Below are positions 1-10,312 of a stretch of 64,000 bases of DNA, piece by piece. The notes under the pieces were generated by a model. It was not told where the DNA came from. It made no database searches and saw nothing but the letters and a program-made list of their open reading frames with translations. This DNA is from an uncultured cyanobacterium. GTDB lineage: Bacteria > Cyanobacteriota > Cyanobacteriia > Cyanobacteriales > Nostocaceae. The position numbers and the translations under genes are program-made. Within the stretch, counting starts at the first letter, position 1; each line of letters starts with the position of its first letter. The stretch lies in the NCBI GenBank assembly GCA_963706595.1, contig OY970166.1, positions 3,392,001 to 3,456,000 on the forward strand. The letters are read 5' to 3'.

Positions 1-7
1 TTTTAAC

Positions 8-180
8 CTCTACTCCCCACTCCCCAGAAGAAGCAGGGGGTACTGGTGCAGGGAGCAAGGGGGAGTTAGAAATACAAATTACTTTAAAGTTAGTTCTTTA
101 CTTAACAACCGTTCCTCTTCTCCCCTGCCCCCTGCCCCCTGCACCCGTTCCTCTTCTCCCCACTCCCCACTCCCTACTCA
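8..180. repeat. Heptamer STRR-type repeats (CCCCACT, CCCCTGC) downstream of the 183-389 gene
   Basis: Visible tandem ccccact/cccctgc units, G-rich on the minus (mRNA) strand. Confidence 0.8.
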
Positions 181-182
181 TC

Positions 183-389
183 TCAACCGTAACTTGTCAG
201 ACCCCGTAGAATATAGCCAATAATCAGACCAATCAACAGCGCCCACACTTGACCTGTGAGGACAAAGTTATTCCAAGTTTGTTGCATTTGACCTAAAAGG
301 TCTGGATCGGTAATGTTTTGAGCTAACATGGTCAGATTTACTGGCAGTTGCCAAATTAACTGAGATATTACACCACTGAAGTAGTTCAT
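183..389 (-). CDS. Small conserved cyanobacterial membrane protein (hypothetical)
   Basis: 68-aa ORF with ATG start and a C-terminal TM helix (GQVWALLIGLIIGY). Confidence 0.75.
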   Translation of the reverse strand: MNYFSGVISQLIWQLPVNLTMLAQNITDPDLLGQMQQTWNNFVLTGQVWALLIGLIIGYILRGLTSYG

Positions 390-502
390 AGCTTGGTAAT
401 TTATAAGTTATGGACAGCAATTATTTGTAGCCAGTTGTTTGTTTTTGCCCAATCAACACTGACTACGGATTTAAATCCTCAGTATAACTTACGTGTAACC
501 AT

Positions 503-1291
503 TCAAGATCCTGAAGATGCCATCCGTAATTTCTCGGCTGTTCGCAAAATTTGCCCTGCCAGAACAGCAGCACCAAACCCATTATCAATATTTACTACAC
601 CTATTCCAGATGCACAGGAGTTGAGCATTGTCAAGAGGGGAGCTAAACCGCTAAAACTTGCGCCATAACCGATGCTGGTAGGAACAGCAATCACCGGACA
701 ATCTGCCAAACCTGCCACAACGCTGGGCAAAGCGCCTTCCATTCCTGCCACAACGATGAGAACTGATGATGATGAAATCAGATGGCGATTATTGAGCAAG
801 CGGTGAATCCCCGCAACACCCACATCCCAAAGACGCTGTACACGAAAGCCCGAAAGTTCTGCTGTGACAGCCGCCTCTTCAGCTACAGCTAAGTCAGCAG
901 TGCCGGCGGAGAGAATACCAATTAACCCCTCGATTTTGGGTTCGATGATCGGGGGAGTAATCGCACAAATGCGCGCCAATTCGTAATACTGCAAATCTAT
1001 AATTTTTGCTTGCAGTGCAGTATAAACTGCTGGTTCAATGCGGGTCGCCATGACCACCGAATTACGCCGGCGCATCACTCCCATAATTTGAGCAATCTGT
1101 TCGGGAGTTTTACCAGGTCCCCAAATTACTTCCGGAAAACCAGTTCTGAGTTCGCGATGGTGGTCAATTTTGGCAAACTCACCCACAGATTCATAGGCTA
1201 AATCTTTTAGTGAATCTAACGCCATATCTGGGGTAACTTTACCATTGGCAACTGCTTCGAGGAGCGATCGCAAATTTTCAGGTTGAGTCAC
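503..1291 (-). CDS. larB: LarB-like nickel pincer cofactor biosynthesis protein / circadian phase modifier CpmA (PurE-like)
   Basis: Motifs DHHRELRTGFPEVIWGPGK, AGTAD, DVGVAGIHRL, VAGMEGALPSVV, VNIDNGFGAA. Confidence 0.9.
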   Translation of the reverse strand: MTQPENLRSLLEAVANGKVTPDMALDSLKDLAYESVGEFAKIDHHRELRTGFPEVIWGPGKTPEQIAQIMGVMRRRNSVVMATRIEPAVYTALQAKIIDLQYYELARICAITPPIIEPKIEGLIGILSAGTADLAVAEEAAVTAELSGFRVQRLWDVGVAGIHRLLNNRHLISSSSVLIVVAGMEGALPSVVAGLADCPVIAVPTSIGYGASFSGLAPLLTMLNSCASGIGVVNIDNGFGAAVLAGQILRTAEKLRMASSGS

Positions 1292-1368
1292 AATAATTTT
1301 AGATGGGGGGATGAAGAGAATAAGGGCAACGCATAAGTAATAAATAACACCAAGTATTTTATACTCAT

Positions 1369-3159
1369 TTACTCAATAACTTTGATTTCATGAATATTCC
1401 AGAATGGCCCTCCTAAAACCGAGTATTTAATATTGTAAAATTTATTACGCACTGCTGACAACGAGTAAGGATTAACCAAGTAAATAAATGGTAAATTCTC
1501 CTGGGTAATCTTCTGCGTTTCGGCATAAATTTCTTTGCGTTTAGCTTCGTCTAATTCCCTAGCGGCTTGGATATAAAGTTCGCCAATTCTGGCCTCCCAA
1601 GGTGCGACTTCCCAGCCTTCTATGGGCTTTTGTCCCGCTTGGGGTTTTTGATTAAACATATGTAATCCACCTTCAGGGTTCCAGACGTTAGCCCCATTAT
1701 TCGGTTCTAAACCACCACTCAATCCTAGTAAAGAAGCATCCCAGTCAAGAGTATTGGCTAACTTATCTGTATAAGTATTCCATGCCAACGGCGTGAAATC
1801 GACTTGCATCCCAATTTTGCCTAAATCTTGTCCAATTTGCGCCCCCATTGCTTCGCGGATTCTATTTCCGGAATTCGTCAGTAAAGTAAAGCGAACGCGG
1901 TTCCCTTCGGCATCTAATAGCTGCTCTTGGGCATTATATTTAAATCCAGCTTTTTTGAGCAATGCCTTGGATTTTTCAGGATTATAATCATAGGTTTTTA
2001 GTCCTTCTTCAGCCGAAATATAAAAGGGACTCTGGATGGTCAGAGGTGAATTTTGAGTTTGACCCAAGCCACGAAAAGTATTATTAATCATGGTTTGGCG
2101 GTCAATACCATAAGCTACAGCCTGCCGAAATTCTACTGTATTGAACCAACGTGATTTTATGGGATCTACTAGCGGTTTGCCATCTCTTCTACCTTTGTTG
2201 AGATTAAATAAAACAAATGATGTCACGGTAGTGGGACCGCCATTGTAGATTGTGAAGTTACCCTGTTTTTCTTGCTTTTTAAGCAAAGAAAAGTAATCTG
2301 GTGTGACTGCTATAGAATCCAAACTACCAGAACGAAATTGCAACAGTGAAGTATCTGTGGATTCGACAATTGACCATACTATCCGTTCAATATAAGGTTG
2401 AGATTCTCCTTGTGATCCTTTACGCCAATAGTAGGGGTTGCGCTGGAGAATTACGCGTTGACTGGTGTCATAACGCTCTAATTTGTAAGGGCCATTGACG
2501 ATAATTTGCTCCACTGGAGTATCAACGCCCCACTTGGTGAGAAATAGGGGCTTACCTTCTTGGTCTTTTGTTTTGATAGATTCTGCAAGGACATGGGCAG
2601 GTAAAATTGGTAGTCCTAGAATTTGTAAAAATGGTGCAAATGGTTCTGGAGTCGTAAATTTAACCCGCCGAGTATCGATTTTTTGGACATTAGGTAATGC
2701 CCGACTTTCACCAATCCGCAAAACGTCTCTAGTATCTGTGGGAATTTCTTCGTTCAGGTAAATCTCGTTATAAGTAAAAACTACATCCTCTACTGTTAAT
2801 GGTTGACCGTCAGACCATTTCAAACCTTCTCTGAGAGTAAAAATAAATCCCAAGTTATCATCGGTATTTTCCCATGATTCTGCTAAGTTTGGCTCTATTT
2901 CACCAGTTATCGGGTTTTGGGTGGTTAATCCCTCGTAAGTCAATCCCAGCAGACTTGATGTTGATGAATCTTGATTGAGAGGATAATTAAAGGTTTGGGG
3001 GTCACTCAGAATACTGTTTACTAACTGTGGTACTTGAGCCGCTGTACTTTTAAAATTAGATGGGTTACAAGCCGCAACTGTCATGGCGACTAATGAGGCT
3101 AGAATTATTGGGAACCAAAAACGTTTAATTTGATTAGAGATTTTTTTAGTTAATATCAT
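1369..3159 (-). CDS. Peptide/oligopeptide ABC transporter substrate-binding lipoprotein (family 5)
   Basis: Lipobox VAAC; motifs LAESW, FTLREGLKWSDGQPLT, NGPYKL; probable start ATG 3159. Confidence 0.9.
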   Translation of the reverse strand: MILTKKISNQIKRFWFPIILASLVAMTVAACNPSNFKSTAAQVPQLVNSILSDPQTFNYPLNQDSSTSSLLGLTYEGLTTQNPITGEIEPNLAESWENTDDNLGFIFTLREGLKWSDGQPLTVEDVVFTYNEIYLNEEIPTDTRDVLRIGESRALPNVQKIDTRRVKFTTPEPFAPFLQILGLPILPAHVLAESIKTKDQEGKPLFLTKWGVDTPVEQIIVNGPYKLERYDTSQRVILQRNPYYWRKGSQGESQPYIERIVWSIVESTDTSLLQFRSGSLDSIAVTPDYFSLLKKQEKQGNFTIYNGGPTTVTSFVLFNLNKGRRDGKPLVDPIKSRWFNTVEFRQAVAYGIDRQTMINNTFRGLGQTQNSPLTIQSPFYISAEEGLKTYDYNPEKSKALLKKAGFKYNAQEQLLDAEGNRVRFTLLTNSGNRIREAMGAQIGQDLGKIGMQVDFTPLAWNTYTDKLANTLDWDASLLGLSGGLEPNNGANVWNPEGGLHMFNQKPQAGQKPIEGWEVAPWEARIGELYIQAARELDEAKRKEIYAETQKITQENLPFIYLVNPYSLSAVRNKFYNIKYSVLGGPFWNIHEIKVIE

Positions 3160-3362
3160 AATTTCTCGTTTAGTTTGATGACGTAGAAGTAAACCAGTCA
3201 AGAAAATGCTGTGTCATAGTAAAATATCTAATTCCAGCTTGACGTAAAGCCTCTCTTACTTGAGGTGGATCAAAAAAATCCTTAGTGTTATTAGTAATAA
3301 ATACTTTCTCATATCTACAGTTACTGGCATTTTATCACTTATATTTAGTTGATAATAAATGA

Positions 3363-3833
3363 TTATTTGTAATAATCATTTTGCGAATAAGTATCTCCTT
3401 CTTGTATCATATCTAACAACCCAATTGTTGCTAACTCTTCTGACGCTAGTGGTTTTACTGATTTCCAGTGATAGGCTAGATCCCGTAACCAAGCTTCTAA
3501 AAGCGTTATCAAATATAACTCAAATATTTTTTTTACAGGAAATTCTTCATCATAATACTTTAATATATCGACAGTTTTTAATGAAAGAATTTTTTCAAAG
3601 TCATTTTCATTATTTACTTTAAAAATTTCGATTTCTTCTAAATCTGCTAACATAGCAAAAGCATTATTTGCTTGTAGCGTATTCAAGGAGAGTTTTAATT
3701 GTGCAATAGACCTATAATTAGTTTGATGTTTTTGAGCTTTGGCTTCAACTATTAAGACAATTTCACCATGTTTGTCTGTGGCAATAATATCCACTTCCTT
3801 GTGACGAATTGGCAATTTTACAGCTTCCATCAT
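3363..3833 (-). CDS. Hypothetical protein with a PD-(D/E)XK nuclease-like motif
   Basis: VDII...IVEAK pattern in an AT-rich 156-aa ORF. Confidence 0.6.
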   Translation of the reverse strand: MMEAVKLPIRHKEVDIIATDKHGEIVLIVEAKAQKHQTNYRSIAQLKLSLNTLQANNAFAMLADLEEIEIFKVNNENDFEKILSLKTVDILKYYDEEFPVKKIFELYLITLLEAWLRDLAYHWKSVKPLASEELATIGLLDMIQEGDTYSQNDYYK

Positions 3834-3869
3834 CTTAATTATCCCAGCTAATTGAGTATGTTGACTTTA

Positions 3870-4041
3870 GAGGTTGTTTGAAAAGTCTAATTTATTACAG
3901 CCCTGGCGACTAGAAGTCGCGGCTATACAAACGAAACCCGCCTGCGCGGGTTAAAAATACCATTTTTTCATTAGTCCACGGAGGTGGACTTTGCCTGTGT
4001 AGTAGCGAATTATATTCGCCCAAAACTTTTCAAACATCCTC
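3870..4041. mobile_element. MITE, 172 bp, IS5/IS1031-like ends
   Basis: TIRs GAGGTTGTTTGAAAAGT / ACTTTTCAAACATCCTC (16/17 match); TTA duplicated at 3867-3869 and 4042-4044. Confidence 0.85.
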
Positions 4042-4075
4042 TTAGACCTGAGTTTAGTTATATGGTAACAATTTA

Positions 4076-4558
4076 CTAATTATTAGCTACTAATAAAATC
4101 ACAGAGTAAGCACATATACCTTCTTCTCTGCCAACAGGGCCTAATTTTTCGTTAGTGGTAGCTTTGATACCAATTTGATTTGGTGGTAATTCTAAAACAG
4201 TCGCTAATTTATTACGCATTTTTTCGATATACGGTTTCAATTTAGGACGTTCTGCTACTACTACTGTGTCAATATTGCCTATCTGCCAACCTTGATCCTT
4301 AATCAGCTGATGTACTTGAGTTAATAGCACTAAGCTATCGGCCCCTGCCCATTGAGGATCAGTAGGGGGAAAATAATGACCAATATCCCCCAGGGATAAT
4401 GCCCCCAACATGGCATCCATAATGGCGTGAGTTAGCACATCAGCGTCACTATGTCCCAATAAACCCAATTCGTGAGGAATTTGGATTCCTCCTAAAATTA
4501 AAGGGCGATCGCTCACTAATCTGTGGATGTCGTAGCCGTTACCAATCCGAATATTCAT
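4076..4558 (-). CDS. ispF: 2-C-methyl-D-erythritol 2,4-cyclodiphosphate synthase
   Basis: [33 protein letters not shown]. Confidence 0.97.
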   Translation of the reverse strand: MNIRIGNGYDIHRLVSDRPLILGGIQIPHELGLLGHSDADVLTHAIMDAMLGALSLGDIGHYFPPTDPQWAGADSLVLLTQVHQLIKDQGWQIGNIDTVVVAERPKLKPYIEKMRNKLATVLELPPNQIGIKATTNEKLGPVGREEGICAYSVILLVANN

Positions 4559-4560
4559 AG

Positions 4561-5363
<803 letters not shown>

Positions 5364-5459
5364 AGTAATTCGTATTCGAGAACACTAATCTTAAATTTGA
5401 ATCTCTAGCCAACACAATCAGTCAATGTAGGATAGAACTACAGATAAGTTTAATCAATA

Positions 5460-5473
5460 GTGACTAAAAGTAC
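5460..5473 (+). promoter_or_regulatory. Possible NtcA-binding site upstream of cphB
   Basis: GTG-ACTAAAAG-TAC, one mismatch to GTA-N8-TAC; cph genes are known to be nitrogen-regulated. Confidence 0.4.
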
Positions 5474-5972
5474 CAGAACTATTGATTTTAGGTAGGATAA
5501 AAAGTTTTTCTAATTACTTAATTTGTGTTTAAATATTGTCACAAGTACATTTAAATTAATAATCTGACTAAGTTAACAACTTCCAGTATGCATGGGACTA
5601 ACCTCAAAAAAAGCGTGTTAAGACCTGCTGTCCCCCAATACCAGAGGTAAAACGGACATTTTTTCAATGGGGGAAACCCCGGAACCAAGTGTCAACTCTA
5701 GTATCCCAAGCATGATTTTGCCAGTCTGGAAAAAGTCTACAGGTGAACAACAAGGAACCCTGGCTTTGAGGAACAGCAACGGACGCATGAATATTGAGGC
5801 TTCTCCTGACGGGGACGCTGCGAGAACATGTAGATCAGGCGGGAATTTAAATTGGCAACTTACCCCGATCCTAACTCCAGACAGGTTTCCTCTCAAAAAA
5901 GCAAAGTGCAAAAATCATCAGGCTCCTAAAACCTTGTTAAATTCACCTGAAGTTGTTGACAGGAGAAACATA

Positions 5973-6836
5973 ATGCCGCAATTAAAAGCTAAATCGCTGG
6001 AAATGAGGACACCCCAAGCAACTAAAACCGCCGTTCTAGTTATCGGAGGCGCAGAAGATAAAGTTCATGGACGCGATATCCTTAGAACTTTTGTTGGCCG
6101 TGCTGGCGCTAGTAAGGCCTATATTACAATTATTCCATCGGCTTCTCGCGAACCAGCTATCATCGGTAGTAGGTATATTCGCCTGTTTGAAGAAATGGGT
6201 GCCGAAAAAGTCGAGATTTTAGACATTCGCGAACGGGAACAGTGCGAAACTCCGCAAGTCAAAGAATCTTTGGAAGCCTGTAGTGGAGTATTTCTCACCG
6301 GAGGCGACCAATTACGTCTTTGCGGGGTACTGTCAGATACGCCAGCGATGGAAATTATCCGACAACGGGTGCGCGCCGGACAGTTGACCCTAGCAGGCAC
6401 TAGTGCAGGGGCGGCTGTGATGGGGCATCACATGATTGCTGGCGGTGGTAGTGGTGAAACTCCAAATCGTTCTTTGGTCGATATGGCAACGGGTTTGGGT
6501 TTTATTCCGGAAGTGATTGTTGACCAGCATTTTCACAATCGGAATCGCATGGGTCGCCTAATTAGTGCGATCGCAGCTCATCCCGACCGTTTAGGTATTG
6601 GCATTGATGAAGATACCTGTGCTGTATTTGAACGTGATGGTTGGCTACAAGTTGTGGGTAAAGGCAGTGTCACTATTGTCGATCCCACCGAAGTTACCCA
6701 TACAAATGAACCTCATGTCGGTGCTAACGAACCTCTAACTGTGCATAATTTACGACTGCACATCCTCAGCTATGGCGATCGCTTTCACCTCTACCAGCGG
6801 ACTGTATTGCCTGCTGTGCATCGCATCTCCAACTGA
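5973..6836 (+). CDS. cphB: Cyanophycinase
   Basis: IGGAEDK, FLTGGDQ, GTSAGA serine motif, DQHF; AGGAG RBS before ATG 5973; adjacent to cphA. Confidence 0.96.
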   Translation: MPQLKAKSLEMRTPQATKTAVLVIGGAEDKVHGRDILRTFVGRAGASKAYITIIPSASREPAIIGSRYIRLFEEMGAEKVEILDIREREQCETPQVKESLEACSGVFLTGGDQLRLCGVLSDTPAMEIIRQRVRAGQLTLAGTSAGAAVMGHHMIAGGGSGETPNRSLVDMATGLGFIPEVIVDQHFHNRNRMGRLISAIAAHPDRLGIGIDEDTCAVFERDGWLQVVGKGSVTIVDPTEVTHTNEPHVGANEPLTVHNLRLHILSYGDRFHLYQRTVLPAVHRISN

Positions 6837-6845
6837 GGAGATAAA

Positions 6846-6859
6846 GTATCCCAAGTTAC
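6846..6859 (+). promoter_or_regulatory. Possible NtcA-binding site between cphB and cphA
   Basis: Exact GTA-TCCCAAGT-TAC match; no clear -10 box at canonical spacing. Confidence 0.45.
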
Positions 6860-7008
6860 TCTGTATTGATCGCTGACTTGGTTTCTGGCTGTAAAAAAAT
6901 CGTAAGGATACCATGAAAAAAGAAAAAACTGTTCTTCATAAACAGTTTAGCGGTCAATTTCAGTAAGAAACTAGAATTTTGGTTCCGAATCTCCATCTAC
7001 CTATTCCC

Positions 7009-9711
7009 ATGAGAATCCTCAAGATCCAGACCTTACGCGGCCCAAACTACTGGAGCATTCGACGCCACAAGCTAATCGTCATGCGCCTTGATTTAGAAAC
7101 CCTTGCCGAGATGCCCTCGAATGAAATCCCTGGCTTTTATGAAGGATTAGTAGAGGCGCTGCCAAGTCTGGAGGGTCACTATTGCTCGCCTGGCTGTCGC
7201 GGTGGTTTTCTGATGCGGGTCAAAGAAGGCACAATGATGGGCCATATTGTGGAACACGTAGCCTTAGAACTCCAGGAATTAGCCGGAATGCATGTCGGCT
7301 TTGGGCGCACCCGTGAAACTGCCACACCTGGAATTTTCCAGGTAGTGATGGAATACCTGAATGAGGAAGCGGGACGCTACGCTGGACGAGCAGCTGTGCG
7401 GCTGTGCCAAAGTATCGTTGATAGGGGTCGTTATCCAAAAGCCGAACTCGAGCAAGACATCCTCGACCTCAAAGACTTATACCGTGAATCTTCTTTAGGT
7501 CCTTCCACAGAAGCAATTGTCAAAGAAGCTGAAAAAAGGGGTATCCCCTGGACACAGTTGAGCGCGCGCTTTTTGATTCAGATGGGTTACGGCGTGAATC
7601 AGAAGCGGATGCAGGCCACAATGACCAACAACACCGGAATTTTGGGTGTGGAACTAGCTTGCGACAAAGAAGCTACTAAACGCATTCTCGCGGCGGCTGG
7701 CGCTCCAGTCCCCAGAGGTACGGTGATTAACTTTTTAGATGACCTAGAAGAAGCCATTGAATATGTTGGCGGCTATCCCATCGTCATCAAACCAACAGAT
7801 GGTAATCATGGACGTGGTATCACCATTGATATTAGAACCTGGGATGAAGCTGAGGCAGGCTACGAGGCGGCTAGACTTGTTTCTCGGTCAATTATTATTG
7901 AGCGCTATTACGTTGGGCGCGATCATCGGGTACTAGTTGTAGACGGCAAAGTTGTAGCAGTAGCCGAACGCGTGCCAGCTCACGTAGTTGGTAATGGCAG
8001 ATCCAGCATTGCCGACCTAGTTGAAGAAACCAACCAAGACCCCAATCGCGGTGACGGTCATGATAAAATCCTCACCAAAATTGAACTAGACCGCAACAGC
8101 TACCAACTGTTAGAAAGACAAGGTTTCACCATTAATAGCGTACCACCCAAAGGAGTAATTTGTTACCTACGTGCAACAGCTAATTTAAGTACGGGCGGCA
8201 GTGCTATAGATCGGACTGATGAAATCCACCCGGAAAATATTTGGCTGGCACAAAGAATAGTCAAAATTATTGGTTTGGATATCGCGGGACTGGATATTGT
8301 CACTACAGATATCAGTCGTCCTCTGAGAGAAATGGATGCGGTGATTGTGGAAGTGAACGCTGCCCCTGGCTTCAGGATGCACGTTGCCCCAAGTATTGGC
8401 ACTCCCCGCAACGTTGCCGGAGCAGTAATGGATATGCTGTTTCCCAACCAACAATCCGGACTCATTCCCATCTTGAGTGTCACCGGTACTAATGGTAAAA
8501 CCACTACCACTCGATTATTAGCACATATCTACAAACAAACAGGTAAAGTAGTAGGATATACAACTACAGATGGAACTTACATCGGTGAATACTTAGTTGA
8601 ATCTGGAGATAATACAGGGCCGCAAAGCGCTCATGTAATTCTGGAAGACCCAACTGTAGAAGTTGCGGTGCTGGAAACGGCTCGTGGTGGTATTCTCCGG
8701 TCTGGGCTAGGGTTTGAAAATGCCAATGTCGGTGTTGTATTGAATGTAGCTGCTGATCATCTGGGCATAGGCGATATCGATACTATCGATCAGTTAGCTA
8801 ACCTGAAGAGTGTGGTCGCAGAAGCTGTCTTTCCTGATGGCTACGCAGTCCTGAACGCTGATGACCACCGCGTTGCGGCGATGGCAGAAAGAACAAAAGC
8901 TAATATTGCCTACTTCACAATGAATCCTGATTCGGAATTAGTGCGGAAGCACGTTCAAAAGGGAGGAGTCGCGGCAGTTTACGAAAATGGCTATCTGTCA
9001 ATTGTCAAAGGTGATTGGACGCATCGCATCGAAAGAGCAGAAAATATTCCCTTGACGATGGGTGGACGTGCGCCGTTTATGATTGCCAATGCTTTAGCAG
9101 CTAGTTTGGCAGCTTTTGTCCAAAACGTCACCATTGAAGAGATTCGGGCTGGCTTGAAGACCTTCCGGGCTTCGGTAAGTCAAACGCCAGGACGGATGAA
9201 TTTATTTAATTTAGGGAAATACCACGCTTTAGTAGACTATGCTCACAATCCAGCTAGTTACGAAGCTTTGGGTTCCTTTGTGCGGAATTGGACTACAGGA
9301 GAGCGCATAGGCGTAGTTGGTGGACCAGGCGATCGCCGTGATGAAGATTTTGTTACCTTGGGTAAATTGTCAGCAGATATTTTTGACCACATCATTGTCA
9401 AAGAAGATGATGACACCAGGGGACGGTCACGGGGATCAGCTGCGGATTTGATTAGTAAAGGCATCAGCGAAGTTAATCCAAATTGTCGTTATGAGTCGAT
9501 TTTGGATGAAACCGCCGCGATTAATAAAGCTTTAGATATGGCTCCCGATAACAGTCTGGTGGTAATTTTGCCAGAAAGTGTGAATCGAGCGATCAAGTTA
9601 ATCAAGTTGCGCGGTTTAGTAATCGAGGAGGTACAGCCACAAAATACCTCCACCACAATCGTAGACAGCCCAAACGGGGTGACATCTTCTGTGATCAATA
9701 CCTTGCTTTAG
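7009..9711 (+). CDS. cphA: Cyanophycin synthetase
   Basis: MRILKIQTLRGPNYWS N-terminus; ATP-grasp plus Mur-ligase domains (TGTNGKTT, DYAHN); 900 aa. Confidence 0.97.
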   Translation: MRILKIQTLRGPNYWSIRRHKLIVMRLDLETLAEMPSNEIPGFYEGLVEALPSLEGHYCSPGCRGGFLMRVKEGTMMGHIVEHVALELQELAGMHVGFGRTRETATPGIFQVVMEYLNEEAGRYAGRAAVRLCQSIVDRGRYPKAELEQDILDLKDLYRESSLGPSTEAIVKEAEKRGIPWTQLSARFLIQMGYGVNQKRMQATMTNNTGILGVELACDKEATKRILAAAGAPVPRGTVINFLDDLEEAIEYVGGYPIVIKPTDGNHGRGITIDIRTWDEAEAGYEAARLVSRSIIIERYYVGRDHRVLVVDGKVVAVAERVPAHVVGNGRSSIADLVEETNQDPNRGDGHDKILTKIELDRNSYQLLERQGFTINSVPPKGVICYLRATANLSTGGSAIDRTDEIHPENIWLAQRIVKIIGLDIAGLDIVTTDISRPLREMDAVIVEVNAAPGFRMHVAPSIGTPRNVAGAVMDMLFPNQQSGLIPILSVTGTNGKTTTTRLLAHIYKQTGKVVGYTTTDGTYIGEYLVESGDNTGPQSAHVILEDPTVEVAVLETARGGILRSGLGFENANVGVVLNVAADHLGIGDIDTIDQLANLKSVVAEAVFPDGYAVLNADDHRVAAMAERTKANIAYFTMNPDSELVRKHVQKGGVAAVYENGYLSIVKGDWTHRIERAENIPLTMGGRAPFMIANALAASLAAFVQNVTIEEIRAGLKTFRASVSQTPGRMNLFNLGKYHALVDYAHNPASYEALGSFVRNWTTGERIGVVGGPGDRRDEDFVTLGKLSADIFDHIIVKEDDDTRGRSRGSAADLISKGISEVNPNCRYESILDETAAINKALDMAPDNSLVVILPESVNRAIKLIKLRGLVIEEVQPQNTSTTIVDSPNGVTSSVINTLL

Positions 9712-9718
9712 TCACACA

Positions 9719-9745
9719 GTAGAGACGCGATTAACCCGTCTCTAC
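9719..9745. repeat. REP-like palindrome (GTAGAGACG...CGTCTCTAC), possibly a terminator between convergent genes
   Basis: GTAG/CTAC-ended hairpin; related copies near 17662, 29796, 46202 and 63660. Confidence 0.75.
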
Positions 9746-9751
9746 CATTGG

Positions 9752-9928
9752 CTATTGTTGTTCTTTTTCAGCAGTGGTCTCATGATCATCATGAGAGTTC
9801 AATTCTTCTTTAAAACCTCGTAAGGTTTTACCCAGGGCATTTCCCAATTCTGGAATTTTTTTCGGGCCAAAAATCACAACGGCGACTATGGCAATGATGA
9901 CTACTTCCGGCAATCCCAGTCCAAACAT
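9752..9928 (-). CDS. tatA: Twin-arginine translocase TatA/TatE subunit (not in ORF track)
   Basis: Manual translation, 58 aa: MFGLGLPEVVIIAIVAVVIFGPKKIPELGNALGKTLRGFKEELNSHDDHETTAEKEQQ; FGPKK.PE.G..LG hallmark. Confidence 0.93.
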   Translation of the reverse strand: MFGLGLPEVVIIAIVAVVIFGPKKIPELGNALGKTLRGFKEELNSHDDHETTAEKEQQ

Positions 9929-9929
9929 A

Positions 9930-10247
9930 ATGACATATAAGGCACAATTAGCTGGTATTGAGGTAGTTGTGACTGAAGAAAGTTATACCTCAAAAGCTAG
10001 TGCATTAGATGGCGACAAGTTGCCTGTTTACTTTTCTAAGTGTGATATCAAGCCTGTATTTAGTGGTCAACGTGTTCAGCGTGGTTTATACAGAACTTCC
10101 ACTGGCAGAATAATCAATGCTGATACCAATGGAAGTCTGAATATAGCCAGAAAAGTAATCCCAAACTTTATGGATGGGATAGTGGCACTGCCGTTTGTGC
10201 CTGTGGTTTTAGGACTTTGGACTAAAACTACAAACGTATCTGTCTAG
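9930..10247 (+). pseudogene. tnpB: 3' fragment of tnpB (IS200/IS605/IS607-type RNA-guided nuclease)
   Basis: YKAQLAGIEV..EESYTSKAS...INADTNGSLNIARK C-terminal motifs; the N-terminal part is absent. Confidence 0.88.
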
Positions 10248-10312
10248 ACTTGGTAACTTTTGGGTAACTTTGTCCAGATTTTTATGAGCGGTACATAAAT
10301 ATTAACGTAGCA

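Noticed and set aside
5667..5972. 102-aa N-terminal extension of CphB
   Set aside because: A strong RBS precedes ATG 5973 and the extension has no recognisable features; probably untranslated leader
9888..9929. N-terminus MAMMTTSGNPSPNI of the tnpB ORF
   Set aside because: It is the antisense strand of the tatA 5' end
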